From: Promethearchaeota archaeon
GTDB lineage: Archaea; Asgardarchaeota; Lokiarchaeia; Sigyniarchaeales; SOKP01
DNA: 64,000 bases
Direction: 5' to 3'
NCBI GenBank assembly: GCA_018238625.1
Contig: JABCSY010000008.1
Span: 1 to 64,000, forward strand
The notes under the pieces are model-generated. The model searched no databases. It was not told the DNA's origin and saw nothing but the letters and a program-made list of their open reading frames with translations. Positions 37,220-48,251 of this stretch are shown in pieces. Position 1 is the first letter of the stretch; each line of letters begins with the position of its first letter. The translations under genes and the position numbers were made by a program.

Positions 37220-38845
37220 ATGTCAGACTCACAAAAAAAATATATTCTTGCAATTGATCACGGTACAGGTGGACCTAAGACCGCTATAGTCTCAACCCAA
37301 GGTGAAGTTGTCGATTGGGCATTTCAAGAAGTTCCTTTACACGTAGAAAAAGGAGGCGGAGTTGAACAGGATCCAAACGATTGGTGGAATGCCATTCTTA
37401 AGACAGCTAAACAAGTGATTGGCAACGGAAAAGTCTCGGTTAATGACATAGTGGGTGTTTGTAATTCGAGTCAATGGAGTGGTACTGTGGCTCTAGATAA
37501 AAATGGAGATCATTTAATGAATTCTATAATATGGATGGACACTCGAGGCGCACCTTATATGAAAAAATTCCATAAAAGTTTAATCCAAGTAAGTGGATAT
37601 TCTGCGCGTAAAATGTTAAAATTAATTAAGGTTACAGGTGGAGGCGCAAGTTTATCCGGAAAGGATCCTCTTGCCCATATTTTGTGGATAAAAGATTGCC
37701 GTCCAGAAATTTACGATAAAACTTTTATGTTTTTGGAACCCCACGATTATGTGAATTTAAAATTTACGGGCAAATTTGCTGCCTCTTACGCTTCCATTCA
37801 CATGCATTTTTTAACAGACATTCGAGATATCAACGATATCAAGTATTACAATAAATTAATGAAAATGGCTAAAGTCGACCCAAATAAATTCCCTACAGAT
37901 TTAAGATGGTCTACAGAGGTTCTAGGACCAATCAAAGACGAAATTGCTGACGAGCTTGGTTTAAAAAAAGGTATTAAAATGATCATGGGCGCGCCAGATC
38001 TACAAACAGCAACTATTGGTTCAGGAGCGGTTAGAGATTACGAAGGACACATTTACATAGGAACGTCCGACTGGCTATTATGTCACGTACCATACAAAAA
38101 AACAGATATCTTTCATAATATGGCTAGCTTCCCATCAGCAATAAAAGGGCGGTATTTTGTAGCAAACGAACAAGAAATAGCGGGTGGAGCTTTATCGTTT
38201 CTAAGAGATAAGATTCTATATCATAAGGATGAACTATTAAGAGAGGAACAAGTTCCAGATGTCTATAAAATATTCGATCGAATCGTAGAAAATGTTCCAG
38301 CAGGTTCTAATAATTTAATTTTTACGCCGTGGCTTATCGGAGAAAGAGCTCCCGTAGACGACCATGCCGTTCGTGGTGGTTTCTACAACTTATCGTTAGA
38401 GATGTCGCGAGAACATCTAATAAGAGCAATCTTTGAGGGTGTTGCATATAACGTGAAGTGGCTTCTTCAATATGTTGAAAAATTCATCCAAAAATGGAAA
38501 ATGAAAGAAACTCCGGGAATGACGAAAAAAGACTTTGTAATGCCCGAGCTTAACATAATTGGTGGTGGAGCGACTAGTAATATCTGGTGTCAAATTTTTG
38601 CCGATGTTCTTAATAGGACAATTAAACAAGTTAAAGACCCAATACAAGCAAATGCTCGTGGAGCCGCATTTATCGCGTCAGTTGGGCTGGGGTACCTTAC
38701 TTGGGACCAAATCCCCGGACTAATCGAATATTCAAATGTCTTTAAACCAAATCCCGAAAACAGAGCTATATACGACAAGCTTTTTAGCGAATACACCAAT
38801 ATATATAAAATTATGCGTAAAACATATAAACGCTTGAATGAGTGA
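37220..38845 (+). CDS. FGGY-family carbohydrate kinase (xylulokinase-like)
   Basis: LAIDHGT, VEQDPNDWW, IIWMDTR, IGTS, PWLIGERAP, RAIFEGVA, GGGATS. Confidence 0.92.
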   Translation: MSDSQKKYILAIDHGTGGPKTAIVSTQGEVVDWAFQEVPLHVEKGGGVEQDPNDWWNAILKTAKQVIGNGKVSVNDIVGVCNSSQWSGTVALDKNGDHLMNSIIWMDTRGAPYMKKFHKSLIQVSGYSARKMLKLIKVTGGGASLSGKDPLAHILWIKDCRPEIYDKTFMFLEPHDYVNLKFTGKFAASYASIHMHFLTDIRDINDIKYYNKLMKMAKVDPNKFPTDLRWSTEVLGPIKDEIADELGLKKGIKMIMGAPDLQTATIGSGAVRDYEGHIYIGTSDWLLCHVPYKKTDIFHNMASFPSAIKGRYFVANEQEIAGGALSFLRDKILYHKDELLREEQVPDVYKIFDRIVENVPAGSNNLIFTPWLIGERAPVDDHAVRGGFYNLSLEMSREHLIRAIFEGVAYNVKWLLQYVEKFIQKWKMKETPGMTKKDFVMPELNIIGGGATSNIWCQIFADVLNRTIKQVKDPIQANARGAAFIASVGLGYLTWDQIPGLIEYSNVFKPNPENRAIYDKLFSEYTNIYKIMRKTYKRLNE

Positions 38846-38875
38846 GTAATATAAAAAAAAATAATAAAAAAAATT

Positions 38876-40741
38876 TTAACCTTTTATTTCTTTTCCGCTT
38901 TCCATTTTTGCGAAATCTTTTTCTTGGAGTGTTCTTCTCTGTACTTTTCCAGTTATTGACACGGGAAGTTTTCGAGCGACCTCAATTAGTCTTGGGCTCT
39001 TCCATTTCGCCATATTTTCCAAGCACCATTTCTTAATATCTTCAATTTCGATATTTTTTCCAACTTTAAACCCTTTCTTTAATACAACCCAGGCTTTCAC
39101 CTTTTCACCAGTGTTTTCGTCAGGTAATCCCGCTACAGCAACTTGATCTATCGCAGGATGGTGTCCTAATAAATCCTCGACTTCTTTTGGGTACACAGAA
39201 TGTCCAGAAACTTTAATTAGCGATTTCTTCCTATCTCTTATTTCACAGAAACCGTGCTCGTCCATAAATCCAATATCTCCCGTAAGTAGCCAGCGTTTTC
39301 CGCCCCACATTTTAAGGTTATCTTCCTGTTCCTTTTGTTTTCCCAAATAACCCAGCATGACTTGAGGGCCCGCAACACATATTTCACCCGTATGTTCTAC
39401 GCCAAAATTATTTCTTTCAAGAGTTCCGTCACAAATTGGTCCAGCTTCAAAATTATCGGAATCGAAGATAGCCCAATCGGTACCCGGGAGGGGTAGTCCT
39501 AATTTTCCAGATTTGTTTGGCCCCCAAAATGGTGCTACACTTACTACAGGAGATGTTTCGGTTAAACCATAACCAACTCGTATCGGGCAAAAGATTTCTT
39601 CGAAAGAAACGCGAATATTATCGTGGAGAGGTCCCGCTCCTTGTGTCGCATATTTTAGTTTTTTGGTAAAATCGTACTTCTTGTTATACTCCTCAACGCC
39701 CATTTTATTTACATAATCAGTCAATCTCTTAAATAACATTTCAACGCCCGTATACATAATTCCTTGAGGGGTATCAAGTTTATTTATCGTCTCGGATAAA
39801 ACATCGTCAGAAGGGGGTTTTGGAAATAGAAGCATTTGCATTCCTAAAGATAAAGCACCCGACATAACGCACGTTAACCCAAAGCTATGAAAGAAAGGTA
39901 TACTGCCAATTGTTACCATACCCGGTTGGAGATTTGTCCACGGTTTAATCATATATAAGTTTGAGATGAGGTTAGCATGACTAAGCATAGCAACTTTAGG
40001 TAACCCCGTTGTTCCGCCAGTCATAAGGTATACTGCGGGATCGGTCCATGGGTCTATATCTACGGTAACATCTTTTGGTTCGGTTTCTTCAATTATTTGT
40101 TTCATCCAATAAATCTTGTAATCTTCTGTTTCACTAGGAATTTTATCTTTTGCGCTTGGAATTCCAAGTTGTTGTACAGTTTCCTCGTCAGCAGTGAAAA
40201 AATCGGTAAAATTCGAAGGTATCAAGTACTTTACGCTAGTTTTTGGAAGAATAGTAGCAGGTCCAGCGATATATAACATATCCATTAGTACTAAAACTTT
40301 CGCCTTCGTCATAGTTAGAGCATGTAATAACTCCATAGGTTTATATGTAGGATTGATACCTTGTACGATTGCCCCAATATATTGACAACCCATATAGGCA
40401 ACAACAAAATTTATGGAATTAGGAAGGTCAATTGCTACGACATCTCCTTTTCTGATACCTAACGTATGGTAAAGGAATGTGCCAAATTTTTTTCCGTATT
40501 CGAATAATTTTCTTAGTTTAACTTTTTCCATGTAGGAACCATAAGCAAATATACAAATATCATTATCCCATATTCCATAGTCATCGGCAGACTTAATAAA
40601 TCCCTTCCACAGCGGGGTTATATCAATACCATCCACATCTTTAAGTTGTTTTGGAACGCCTTCAGGCCAATAATCCCCGAACCATACTTTATTTTCGTCG
40701 ACTAAAAATTCTTTATCATTTAAACTTGTCATTTTATCCAC
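38876..40741 (-). CDS. Long-chain fatty acid--CoA ligase (AMP-binding)
   Basis: MTGGTTGLPK, GYGLTETSP, LLTGDIG, DRKK, TGKVQRR. Confidence 0.92.
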   Translation of the reverse strand: MDKMTSLNDKEFLVDENKVWFGDYWPEGVPKQLKDVDGIDITPLWKGFIKSADDYGIWDNDICIFAYGSYMEKVKLRKLFEYGKKFGTFLYHTLGIRKGDVVAIDLPNSINFVVAYMGCQYIGAIVQGINPTYKPMELLHALTMTKAKVLVLMDMLYIAGPATILPKTSVKYLIPSNFTDFFTADEETVQQLGIPSAKDKIPSETEDYKIYWMKQIIEETEPKDVTVDIDPWTDPAVYLMTGGTTGLPKVAMLSHANLISNLYMIKPWTNLQPGMVTIGSIPFFHSFGLTCVMSGALSLGMQMLLFPKPPSDDVLSETINKLDTPQGIMYTGVEMLFKRLTDYVNKMGVEEYNKKYDFTKKLKYATQGAGPLHDNIRVSFEEIFCPIRVGYGLTETSPVVSVAPFWGPNKSGKLGLPLPGTDWAIFDSDNFEAGPICDGTLERNNFGVEHTGEICVAGPQVMLGYLGKQKEQEDNLKMWGGKRWLLTGDIGFMDEHGFCEIRDRKKSLIKVSGHSVYPKEVEDLLGHHPAIDQVAVAGLPDENTGEKVKAWVVLKKGFKVGKNIEIEDIKKWCLENMAKWKSPRLIEVARKLPVSITGKVQRRTLQEKDFAKMESGKEIKG

Positions 40742-40878
40742 TAATCTTTCAGTATCATATTTTATATTAGATAATAGAAATTTTTCTATTATTATAATAT
40801 CTTTGATATACTATTATATAATAATTTAACTTGCTTTGGTTTAAGTTTCAATTTATTAATTGACAATTTTGAACATTT

Positions 40879-41736
40879 ATGGGATTTAAAGAAAACTTCA
40901 AGGAAAAGTTAAGAGAAATACTGAGCGAGGAGGAATTATCCGTTCTTCCGCGGGGTTTCCAAACCATAGGTAGAGTAATAATAATTAGATTAAACCCCGT
41001 ATTGCTGGAGAAAAAAATCCTTATTGCAAAAAAGTATATGGAACTTTTACCGAGTACTAGATCTGTCTATCTAAACATGGGCAGAATTAAAGGAAAATAT
41101 AGAACGCCAGAAAATATCGTGTTTTTAGTGGGAGAAGATAATCCAATTGTGGACCATAGAGAACACGGAGTTATCTATAGATTCGATTTTACTAAGATTA
41201 TGTTTAGTATGGGAAATCTGAACGAAAGAAAATTTTTAGCAACTTTAGTGAAAGAAAATGAGGTAATTGTGGACATGTTCGCGGGTATTGGATACTTTTC
41301 TTTGCCAATCGCGAAACATTCGAAGCCAAAAATAATATATAGTATAGAGCTCAACCTTGAATCCTTTAAATTCTTAACTGAAAATATCAAAATTAATCAT
41401 CTCGATGATATAATTGTCCCAATTAATGGCGATAGTAAGATTGAAGTTATTAAATTGAGTAAATCTGGAGTGAGAGCTGACCGAGTGATAATGGGCGTCT
41501 TTCCGGCTCCAAAAGACTTTATTAAAGAAGCCTTAACTTTAACAAAGGAGAGTGGAACAACCTTTCATTATGAAGGGGTCGCTACGAAAGAAAATTACCT
41601 AAGTTTGTTCAATGAATTTAAAGAAATTGCAGAAACAAGTAGTTTCAAATGCGATTTATTATCAGAAAGATTTGTAAAAAGTTATGGTCCACATTTATAC
41701 CATGTTGTTATCGATATCTTAGTAAGTAAAGATTAA
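40879..41736 (+). CDS. taw2: tRNA(Phe) wyosine-pathway aminocarboxypropyltransferase (Met-10/Trm5 family)
   Basis: FDFTKIMFSMGNLNER, VDMFAGIGYFSLPIA, ADRVIMG, VKSYGPHLYHVVID. Confidence 0.75.
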   Translation: MGFKENFKEKLREILSEEELSVLPRGFQTIGRVIIIRLNPVLLEKKILIAKKYMELLPSTRSVYLNMGRIKGKYRTPENIVFLVGEDNPIVDHREHGVIYRFDFTKIMFSMGNLNERKFLATLVKENEVIVDMFAGIGYFSLPIAKHSKPKIIYSIELNLESFKFLTENIKINHLDDIIVPINGDSKIEVIKLSKSGVRADRVIMGVFPAPKDFIKEALTLTKESGTTFHYEGVATKENYLSLFNEFKEIAETSSFKCDLLSERFVKSYGPHLYHVVIDILVSKD

Positions 41737-41742
41737 GACGCT

Positions 41743-43197
41743 TTATTCGTTTCTTACTTCTTGATCTGTTATCATTAGCGCTCTCTTTTTCATAATTTCA
41801 TTTATTTCATTATAATCTTTTTCAGCAGTAAAGAAAAGTGGAACCCAAAAACAAATTGAAATTAGTCCAAAAATTAGCGTGGACCAAAAAATTGTAGCAG
41901 AAAAACTACCTGTCATAGTAACCACGAATCCTCCAATAACGGCACCTGATGCTCGCCCTATAGTGTCAATAAAGGAGCCCACCGCAATCATGGTACCTCG
42001 GTTTTCGGGGAAGTTTACGTCAATAAGAGAACTATACCAGTTAGGACCAATACCCATTGTAAAAGCAAGCCCAAGCCCTATAAACATGCAGTAAATTAAC
42101 CAAAAGACCCAAAATACAATGTCGTTGACGATTAGAGCACCAAAAAAGAAGGATGAGCTCGTTACGTTAGGCGACATCGCAAATGCGAATAGAAGAAATG
42201 GTAGATTTAAAATTGAACAGATTACTGCCACCTTCACCCTACCAGAAAGATCTCCATTTTGAACTTTTTTATCTCCCCAATGAGCAAGCCCAAACTGACC
42301 AATGATTAATCCTAACACCACCGCAAACAATAATAATATAATGACCTTGAGATCAACGACATTAACACCAATCTCAAGTTGAATATAAGGAAAAATGTAA
42401 GCTACTAATAGTCCGGAAGCAATAACATCGAAAAAGTTAAACATTAAAAAGAAGTTCGACTTTCTTTTAAAAATAAACTTCAAATCTGAAAATTTAATTT
42501 TATATGAATAGCGAATGTCTTCGTCTGTTAAAACATTTTCTAAAGATTTCTCTTTTGCCGCTCTTTTAGGTTCTACGGTAATAAAAAAATTTAATATAGT
42601 AAAAATAAGCGCAATAATTCCCAGGAAAAAGTACGGTAACCGCCATGTGTATAAAAATTCGGGATAAGTAATGGCAATAAAGTTAATTTTTTCAGGAATG
42701 GTTAACGATTCAATCGCTCCATAGTCAATCGCGTTAAACGCTAAAGCAATTGCTCCAGCAACGAGACTTCCAATAGTGGATATTAAACCCCAGAAGGCGA
42801 AAGATTTTGAACGAGAATCCGATGAGACTATATCAGCTAAATAAGAAATTACAAGTGGAGTTGTTACGCTTACAGCAATCGCAGCAACGATTCTAGTAAG
42901 GATTAATTGCCAAAACTCTTCAACAAATATGTGTAATATCGCCGTTATTGACCATAAACACCCCGCAAAAATTAAAATCTTTTTTCTTTGTATCAAATCG
43001 GTCAAATAACCAAACATTAGTACCGAAACTCCATTAACGATCGTATAAACGCTAATGATGATCCCTATACTATCAAAATATATACCTAAATCTGCAGCAA
43101 TTAAAACTTCATTAGGAAGGAATAAAGCACTGTCCATTAAAATGATTAAGATTAAAGATAAAAAGAAAAATAACGAAATAAGCTCCCTTTTCTTCAT
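41743..43197 (-). CDS. MFS transporter
   Basis: GYLTDLIQRKK motif A; about 12 TM; DVNFPENRGT. Confidence 0.9.
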   Translation of the reverse strand: MKKRELISLFFFLSLILIILMDSALFLPNEVLIAADLGIYFDSIGIIISVYTIVNGVSVLMFGYLTDLIQRKKILIFAGCLWSITAILHIFVEEFWQLILTRIVAAIAVSVTTPLVISYLADIVSSDSRSKSFAFWGLISTIGSLVAGAIALAFNAIDYGAIESLTIPEKINFIAITYPEFLYTWRLPYFFLGIIALIFTILNFFITVEPKRAAKEKSLENVLTDEDIRYSYKIKFSDLKFIFKRKSNFFLMFNFFDVIASGLLVAYIFPYIQLEIGVNVVDLKVIILLLFAVVLGLIIGQFGLAHWGDKKVQNGDLSGRVKVAVICSILNLPFLLFAFAMSPNVTSSSFFFGALIVNDIVFWVFWLIYCMFIGLGLAFTMGIGPNWYSSLIDVNFPENRGTMIAVGSFIDTIGRASGAVIGGFVVTMTGSFSATIFWSTLIFGLISICFWVPLFFTAEKDYNEINEIMKKRALMITDQEVRNE

Positions 43198-43361
43198 ATT
43201 AAGCTCACATGTATAAATTTTATAAAATTAATTTTAATTCGTCGTAATCTTATAATAACCTTTACCTTTTTCTATAGCGATATTTTTAAATTCGCATCTA
43301 TCAAAACTAATAATTACACATATATTTTTAAAAATTTTATACAATAAATCGAAAAAAATGA

Positions 43362-44465
43362 TTGAAAATGTCTGAAGAAAAAATTGAAGTTGAATCAGAA
43401 AGATCGGAACAATTACACAAGCGATACGAGTGGTTAGATCAATTCAGAGGGTTAGTTATTGTTTTATTGATCGTCTCTGTAATAACTTGGCCGCTATCGG
43501 GTGATTTTTTAGGTAGCGTTATTCCAATAGGACCTCCTCTTTTAAACCATGGCTTTCAATACTATAAAGGATATCCAGCAATAATCACTATTATAGACAT
43601 CGGCCAGCAAATCTTTATGTTTATATTAGGGTATGTAGGATTTATCGCGTTTAATAGTAGAAGAGAGAAAAAAGGCATTGTTGCGGCGTGGAAACATGGT
43701 CTTATAAGGGTTGCCGTTCTATACGGCTTATCCTTATTGGCTGACGGATTAATTGGTGGATTGCTTCTTGGAGGCTCTATCCCTTGGGATGAGGTTTTAT
43801 ATAAAGGAACGCTAGCAAATCTGGCGATTGGCTCGTTTGCAGCGTATTTAAGCGTATTTCTTATTCCAAAAAAAGCGGATCATAGAATCTATTTGTGTAT
43901 CGGCATACTAATTTTGCACGCTGCATTATATTTTCTCCCGGGTTTTGACCATTACGGACCAGTCGATGGACCTCTAATATTTCCGTGGAACGCACTTAAT
44001 CACGCCGCCATTGCGATAGCGGGTACTTGCTTTTCTCAATGGTACAAACTTGATCCTAGCGATCCGAGCGTTGGATTTAAGAAAAGAATCCTCCCAATAT
44101 CTACAATTGCTATTATAGCGTTTTATTGCTTTGACTGGATTCAATACGCAGAGCACCACGATGCCACAACCTCTCTTGCTTTGTTAGCAATAGCTGCTTC
44201 TGGATTCTTGATCGCAGTCTTTTATGGGTTTGAGAAAATGAATTTTAAAGTCCCGGTGCTTTCCGAAATGGGAAAAAACATGCTACTTTTGTTCATTATT
44301 GCTTTTATCTTCGATCAATATGTTGGCTTTTTGGCAGATGGTTATAGAGATTTTCTTATAGCAAACCCCATACTTACTATGATTCTGGTTGGAGTTTTAC
44401 CAATTGCTATAGAAGCAGGAATCGCAATGCTGCTAGCAAGAAAAAACATTATTGTCAAAATCTAA
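43362..44465 (+). CDS. HGSNAT/DUF1624-like membrane acyltransferase
   Basis: RYEWLDQFRGL, conserved H (LLNHG), ITIID, F..G, many TM helices. Confidence 0.7.
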   Translation: MKMSEEKIEVESERSEQLHKRYEWLDQFRGLVIVLLIVSVITWPLSGDFLGSVIPIGPPLLNHGFQYYKGYPAIITIIDIGQQIFMFILGYVGFIAFNSRREKKGIVAAWKHGLIRVAVLYGLSLLADGLIGGLLLGGSIPWDEVLYKGTLANLAIGSFAAYLSVFLIPKKADHRIYLCIGILILHAALYFLPGFDHYGPVDGPLIFPWNALNHAAIAIAGTCFSQWYKLDPSDPSVGFKKRILPISTIAIIAFYCFDWIQYAEHHDATTSLALLAIAASGFLIAVFYGFEKMNFKVPVLSEMGKNMLLLFIIAFIFDQYVGFLADGYRDFLIANPILTMILVGVLPIAIEAGIAMLLARKNIIVKI

Positions 44466-44659
44466 TTATTATCTAACTTTTTTTCTTTTATTTTTTGAAC
44501 CAAATCAACATTATACAATTTTATAAAATGGAAATATTACTTGGTTTTATTATTCTCTTTAAGTGAGTAAAAAAGTAAGAATTTTACTGTAAAATATATA
44601 AAAGCAGAAAATTATTATATTTTTGAATAAAATTATTAAAATGATTCTGGTGGGTATTT

Positions 44660-45934
44660 TTGAAAATTATTAAAATTGGATTAGACTATAGTCACGACGG
44701 CATGTTAACTTTAGAAGCGTCTAGCTATGCGGATTTCACTCAGTTCTTATTTGCTTCTGGTTATAAATTAGGAAAGATCGAGGCTGGCTTTTACGCGTTA
44801 GAAAAAGCTCGAATTTACGATGCAGTTATTATATCTATACCTAAAAACATTAACTTAAAACCGAAAGAAATAGAAGTTTTAGAGGAATACGTAAGAACTG
44901 GCGGAAGTTTACTTATTATAGGCTCCCGAGGCGGAGAGTATTTAAATAGAACCAATATAAATGAATTAACGAGGAAGTTTGGGTTTGAATTCTTTACGGA
45001 TGATGTTAATGATTCAGTGAATTACGTTAATTTGCAAAAAAGACCGTTATTAACTGATTTTAAACAACATTATATCACCGAAAACATAAAAAAGATAGTT
45101 TTATCAAGCTCCTGTTCGTTAGCAACCTTAGGTTTTGTAGAAGACGAAAAAAACATACAGGTTGAGGTGTTAGTAAGAGGCGGCTTAAATTGTTGGAGGA
45201 ATAAATTCGAAGATCAGAAATGGATTGAAGAGGATAGTCCTAAAATCCCATTACTTGTTGCCGTTAATTACTACAAAGGTAAAGTCGTTGCCTTTGGGAC
45301 ATTATCCATATTTTCATCTCTTGGAAGAGAATACGGGTTTTCTGCTTTTGATAACGATATAATAATTGCAAACATATTAAGATGGCTCACTTTAGACGTT
45401 GAATCCGAAGGACAAGTGGTTACTATCGATCTACAAAAGGATTTGTTTTATTGGGCGAATTCTATTGCTAAAGAAGAAAGGTGGGGAAGTTTCTCTGATT
45501 TAATTAATGTTAGCCTAAAACATTTTAAAGATAATTATAATTCAATAATAAAGGAATTAAAAGATATTCAACAAGAAAGATATCAGAGAAAACAAGAGTA
45601 CAAAGAAGCTGTAAAAGAAGAAAAAGAAGAGGAAAAAGTTATAGATTTGATACCGAAAAGGAAGAAAGAAGATTTAGAAGATATAATAAGCGCAATTGAA
45701 AACGCTTCAGGAGAGACATTTGAACGCTCATTTAAGTCCGATGAGGAAGAATCTACAGAAGAAACTAAAGAAAACGCACCAGAAGAATTTTCTGAAGAAT
45801 TGCCAGAAGATCTTAACAGTTTAACCGTGAAAGAATTGAAAAGCTATTGTAAAAAGCATGAGATTAACCTCCCCGCTAAAGCAAGGAAAGCAGACATCAT
45901 TAAGATTCTTCTATATGTTTTAGACGAAGATTAA
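44660..45934 (+). CDS. DUF4350/GIFT (GATase-like) domain + RHH-like segment + acidic linker + SAP/HeH-like domain
   Basis: LDYSH, YVRTGGSLL, NINELTRKFG, GKVVAFG, DN..NILRWL; VTIDLQKDL..WGSFSDLIN; LNSLTVKELK..KARKADII. Confidence 0.7.
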   Translation: MKIIKIGLDYSHDGMLTLEASSYADFTQFLFASGYKLGKIEAGFYALEKARIYDAVIISIPKNINLKPKEIEVLEEYVRTGGSLLIIGSRGGEYLNRTNINELTRKFGFEFFTDDVNDSVNYVNLQKRPLLTDFKQHYITENIKKIVLSSSCSLATLGFVEDEKNIQVEVLVRGGLNCWRNKFEDQKWIEEDSPKIPLLVAVNYYKGKVVAFGTLSIFSSLGREYGFSAFDNDIIIANILRWLTLDVESEGQVVTIDLQKDLFYWANSIAKEERWGSFSDLINVSLKHFKDNYNSIIKELKDIQQERYQRKQEYKEAVKEEKEEEKVIDLIPKRKKEDLEDIISAIENASGETFERSFKSDEEESTEETKENAPEEFSEELPEDLNSLTVKELKSYCKKHEINLPAKARKADIIKILLYVLDED

Positions 45935-46022
45935 TCTTAACTCAACCTAAAAATAAAAATAACATGCTTCTTTTTCAAAATCATCACTATAAACTACTTT
46001 TAACTAACAAATAGGTTTTTTT

Positions 46023-47426
46023 TTGAATAGATTTCTTTTTGTGTTAGGATCGAACTGGCAGCTGTCTTTGGCAGAACTGGACAATCTTTTAAAGAATTCG
46101 GAATTTCAAGGACGAATAACCGATTATTCGGCAAACATCGCGATAGTTGAGTTTGAATCGCTGCAAAAGAGCAAGTATTATGTAAACGATTTGATGAAAA
46201 TTCAATATATTTTAGGAGGTTGCCAGAAAATTGCTGAAATCTATGATTTTATTGACATCCAAACTATCTACGACGCCTTTCCGACAACTGTAGAGAAATT
46301 TAAAAAGATTGATTTTACTAGAAAGGGAATTTTGAAGGTTGTAAACTCCACGCTTAATAAAATATTCCCAAGGATACAAAATGAAAGTATATTTTACGCT
46401 GTATCGGTCTATCCAAACCTATTTGATGATGATTATTATTCTGATGTGTTAGTAAAGCATTTTCTACCGTTTTTGAATAAATCCATTATGAGCTTGTTAA
46501 AAGAGAACGGTGCTAAAAAATCGTTATACTATAAATACCCCGAAGAAAATATTAAAGCGGGTAATTTAAATCCAATTTTCCCCCATCACTTAATAAAATA
46601 TGGCTTATTCAATAAGGATCGCGCAGAAATTATATTCGGATTTACAGAAGAAGGAGTATATATCGCGCGTACTTTTACTGCTGACGATCCGAATTTTAAA
46701 AAAAAGATTGACGAAGAAAGGCCATTTAAGGAGTTTAAAAGCAGTATTTCGCCAAAATTGGCAATTATTATGCTAAATTTTTTAAATTTGTTTGAAGAAA
46801 GAGAAAATAATCTAATTCTTGATCCATTTGTGGGTAATGGTACAGTTCTTTTATTTGCATTAATAGAAGATTTTCAAATTTGTGGTTCTGATATTGATGG
46901 TACCAAAGTTAAGAATACTTTGCGTAATATAAATTGGCTTTTAAAGGAGCTTGAAGAGCCAATTCCACTAATGTTAAATGAAAGTGTTAAAAAAGCAGAC
47001 GTTAAGAAATTGTCATCTTCTTTTAGCAAGGAATATTTTGATGGGATTTGTACGGAACCGGAATTGGGACCTTTTTTCAAACAAAAACCTTACTACACAG
47101 AAGCCAAAGAGCTTATTGATTCAAAACTAAACTCGATTTACGAAGCTACTTTTAGAGAAGGTTATAAAGTTTTAAAACCTAAGCGTAGAATATGTATCGT
47201 ATTACCGATCTTCAATACAATTGATGGAGGCGAAGTTCAATTAAGAATTGAAGAAATAGCTAGGAAACACAACTTTGAACTCGTGCCAATGTTAGATCTA
47301 AATAGAATAGTTAATAAATCGAACCGGAAGCTTCAATTTAAGAAAGGACAAGTTAGAGCTATAATCGATGCCAAAAAGAATCAAATAATTAAAAGAAAAC
47401 TTTATGTTTTCGAAAAGATGAGCTAA
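46023..47426 (+). CDS. Trm11/TrmG10-like (UPF0020) RNA methyltransferase
   Basis: SLAEL, RPF..SISPKLA, ILDPFVGNGT, GSDID, ICTEPELG. Confidence 0.8.
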   Translation: MNRFLFVLGSNWQLSLAELDNLLKNSEFQGRITDYSANIAIVEFESLQKSKYYVNDLMKIQYILGGCQKIAEIYDFIDIQTIYDAFPTTVEKFKKIDFTRKGILKVVNSTLNKIFPRIQNESIFYAVSVYPNLFDDDYYSDVLVKHFLPFLNKSIMSLLKENGAKKSLYYKYPEENIKAGNLNPIFPHHLIKYGLFNKDRAEIIFGFTEEGVYIARTFTADDPNFKKKIDEERPFKEFKSSISPKLAIIMLNFLNLFEERENNLILDPFVGNGTVLLFALIEDFQICGSDIDGTKVKNTLRNINWLLKELEEPIPLMLNESVKKADVKKLSSSFSKEYFDGICTEPELGPFFKQKPYYTEAKELIDSKLNSIYEATFREGYKVLKPKRRICIVLPIFNTIDGGEVQLRIEEIARKHNFELVPMLDLNRIVNKSNRKLQFKKGQVRAIIDAKKNQIIKRKLYVFEKMS

Positions 47427-47438
47427 CCCGGTTAAAAT

Positions 47439-48119
47439 ATGAATCATATCAAAATTCTAGACCAAATTGAACGAGTCTTAAAAGGAGAGGCTCACCTTGA
47501 TGGGCTAGCTAGAAAAAAGCAAGACCCATTTAAAATCTTAATATCTACAATATTATCTGCAAGATCTAGAGATGCAAATACTCGAGAAGCTACAAATAGT
47601 TTATTTACAAAATATCAAACTCCAAAAGAAATCGCAGAAGCGAGCGTAGAAGATTTAGAGATTTTAGTCCATAAATCAGGCTTTTATAAGGTTAAAGCGG
47701 CTCGCATTAAAGAAGTTTCTCGAATAATAAAAGAAGATTATCAAGGAATTGTACCAAAAGATTTTGAAGAGTTAGTTTCTCTTCCTGGAGTAGGCCCTAA
47801 AACAGCTAATTGTGTATTGGTATACGCCTTTAAAATTCCCGCAATACCAGTGGATGTTCACGTTCATAGAATCCCTAACAGATTAGGTTGGATAAAAACA
47901 ACTAAACCAGGGCAAACCGAAGAAGAATTAAAGCGAATTATTCCTCGAGATCAATGGATTAGAGTGAATCGATTATTTGTGAGGTTTGGACAAGAGATTT
48001 GCTTGCCAATTCGTCCAAAATGCGATATTTGCCCTTTAAACGACATTTGTCCTAAGGATTTTTCGATGGAAATAGCTATGAGAAACAAAAAAAAGAAAAC
48101 TCAATCAAATAAACGATGA
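47439..48119 (+). CDS. nth: Endonuclease III
   Basis: PFKILISTILSA, LPGVGPKTA, VDVHVHRI, CX6CX2CX5C. Confidence 0.95.
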   Translation: MNHIKILDQIERVLKGEAHLDGLARKKQDPFKILISTILSARSRDANTREATNSLFTKYQTPKEIAEASVEDLEILVHKSGFYKVKAARIKEVSRIIKEDYQGIVPKDFEELVSLPGVGPKTANCVLVYAFKIPAIPVDVHVHRIPNRLGWIKTTKPGQTEEELKRIIPRDQWIRVNRLFVRFGQEICLPIRPKCDICPLNDICPKDFSMEIAMRNKKKKTQSNKR

Positions 48120-48251
48120 ATGATTGAACCAGGTTTTTGTGTCTTTATCAATCCAGATTTACTCGATTAAAAATGAAATTTAAATATATTTAATAATAAT
48201 CTTGTTTATAACATCATATTACTAATATTAATGAGAAGTTCTTCGCTTTTA

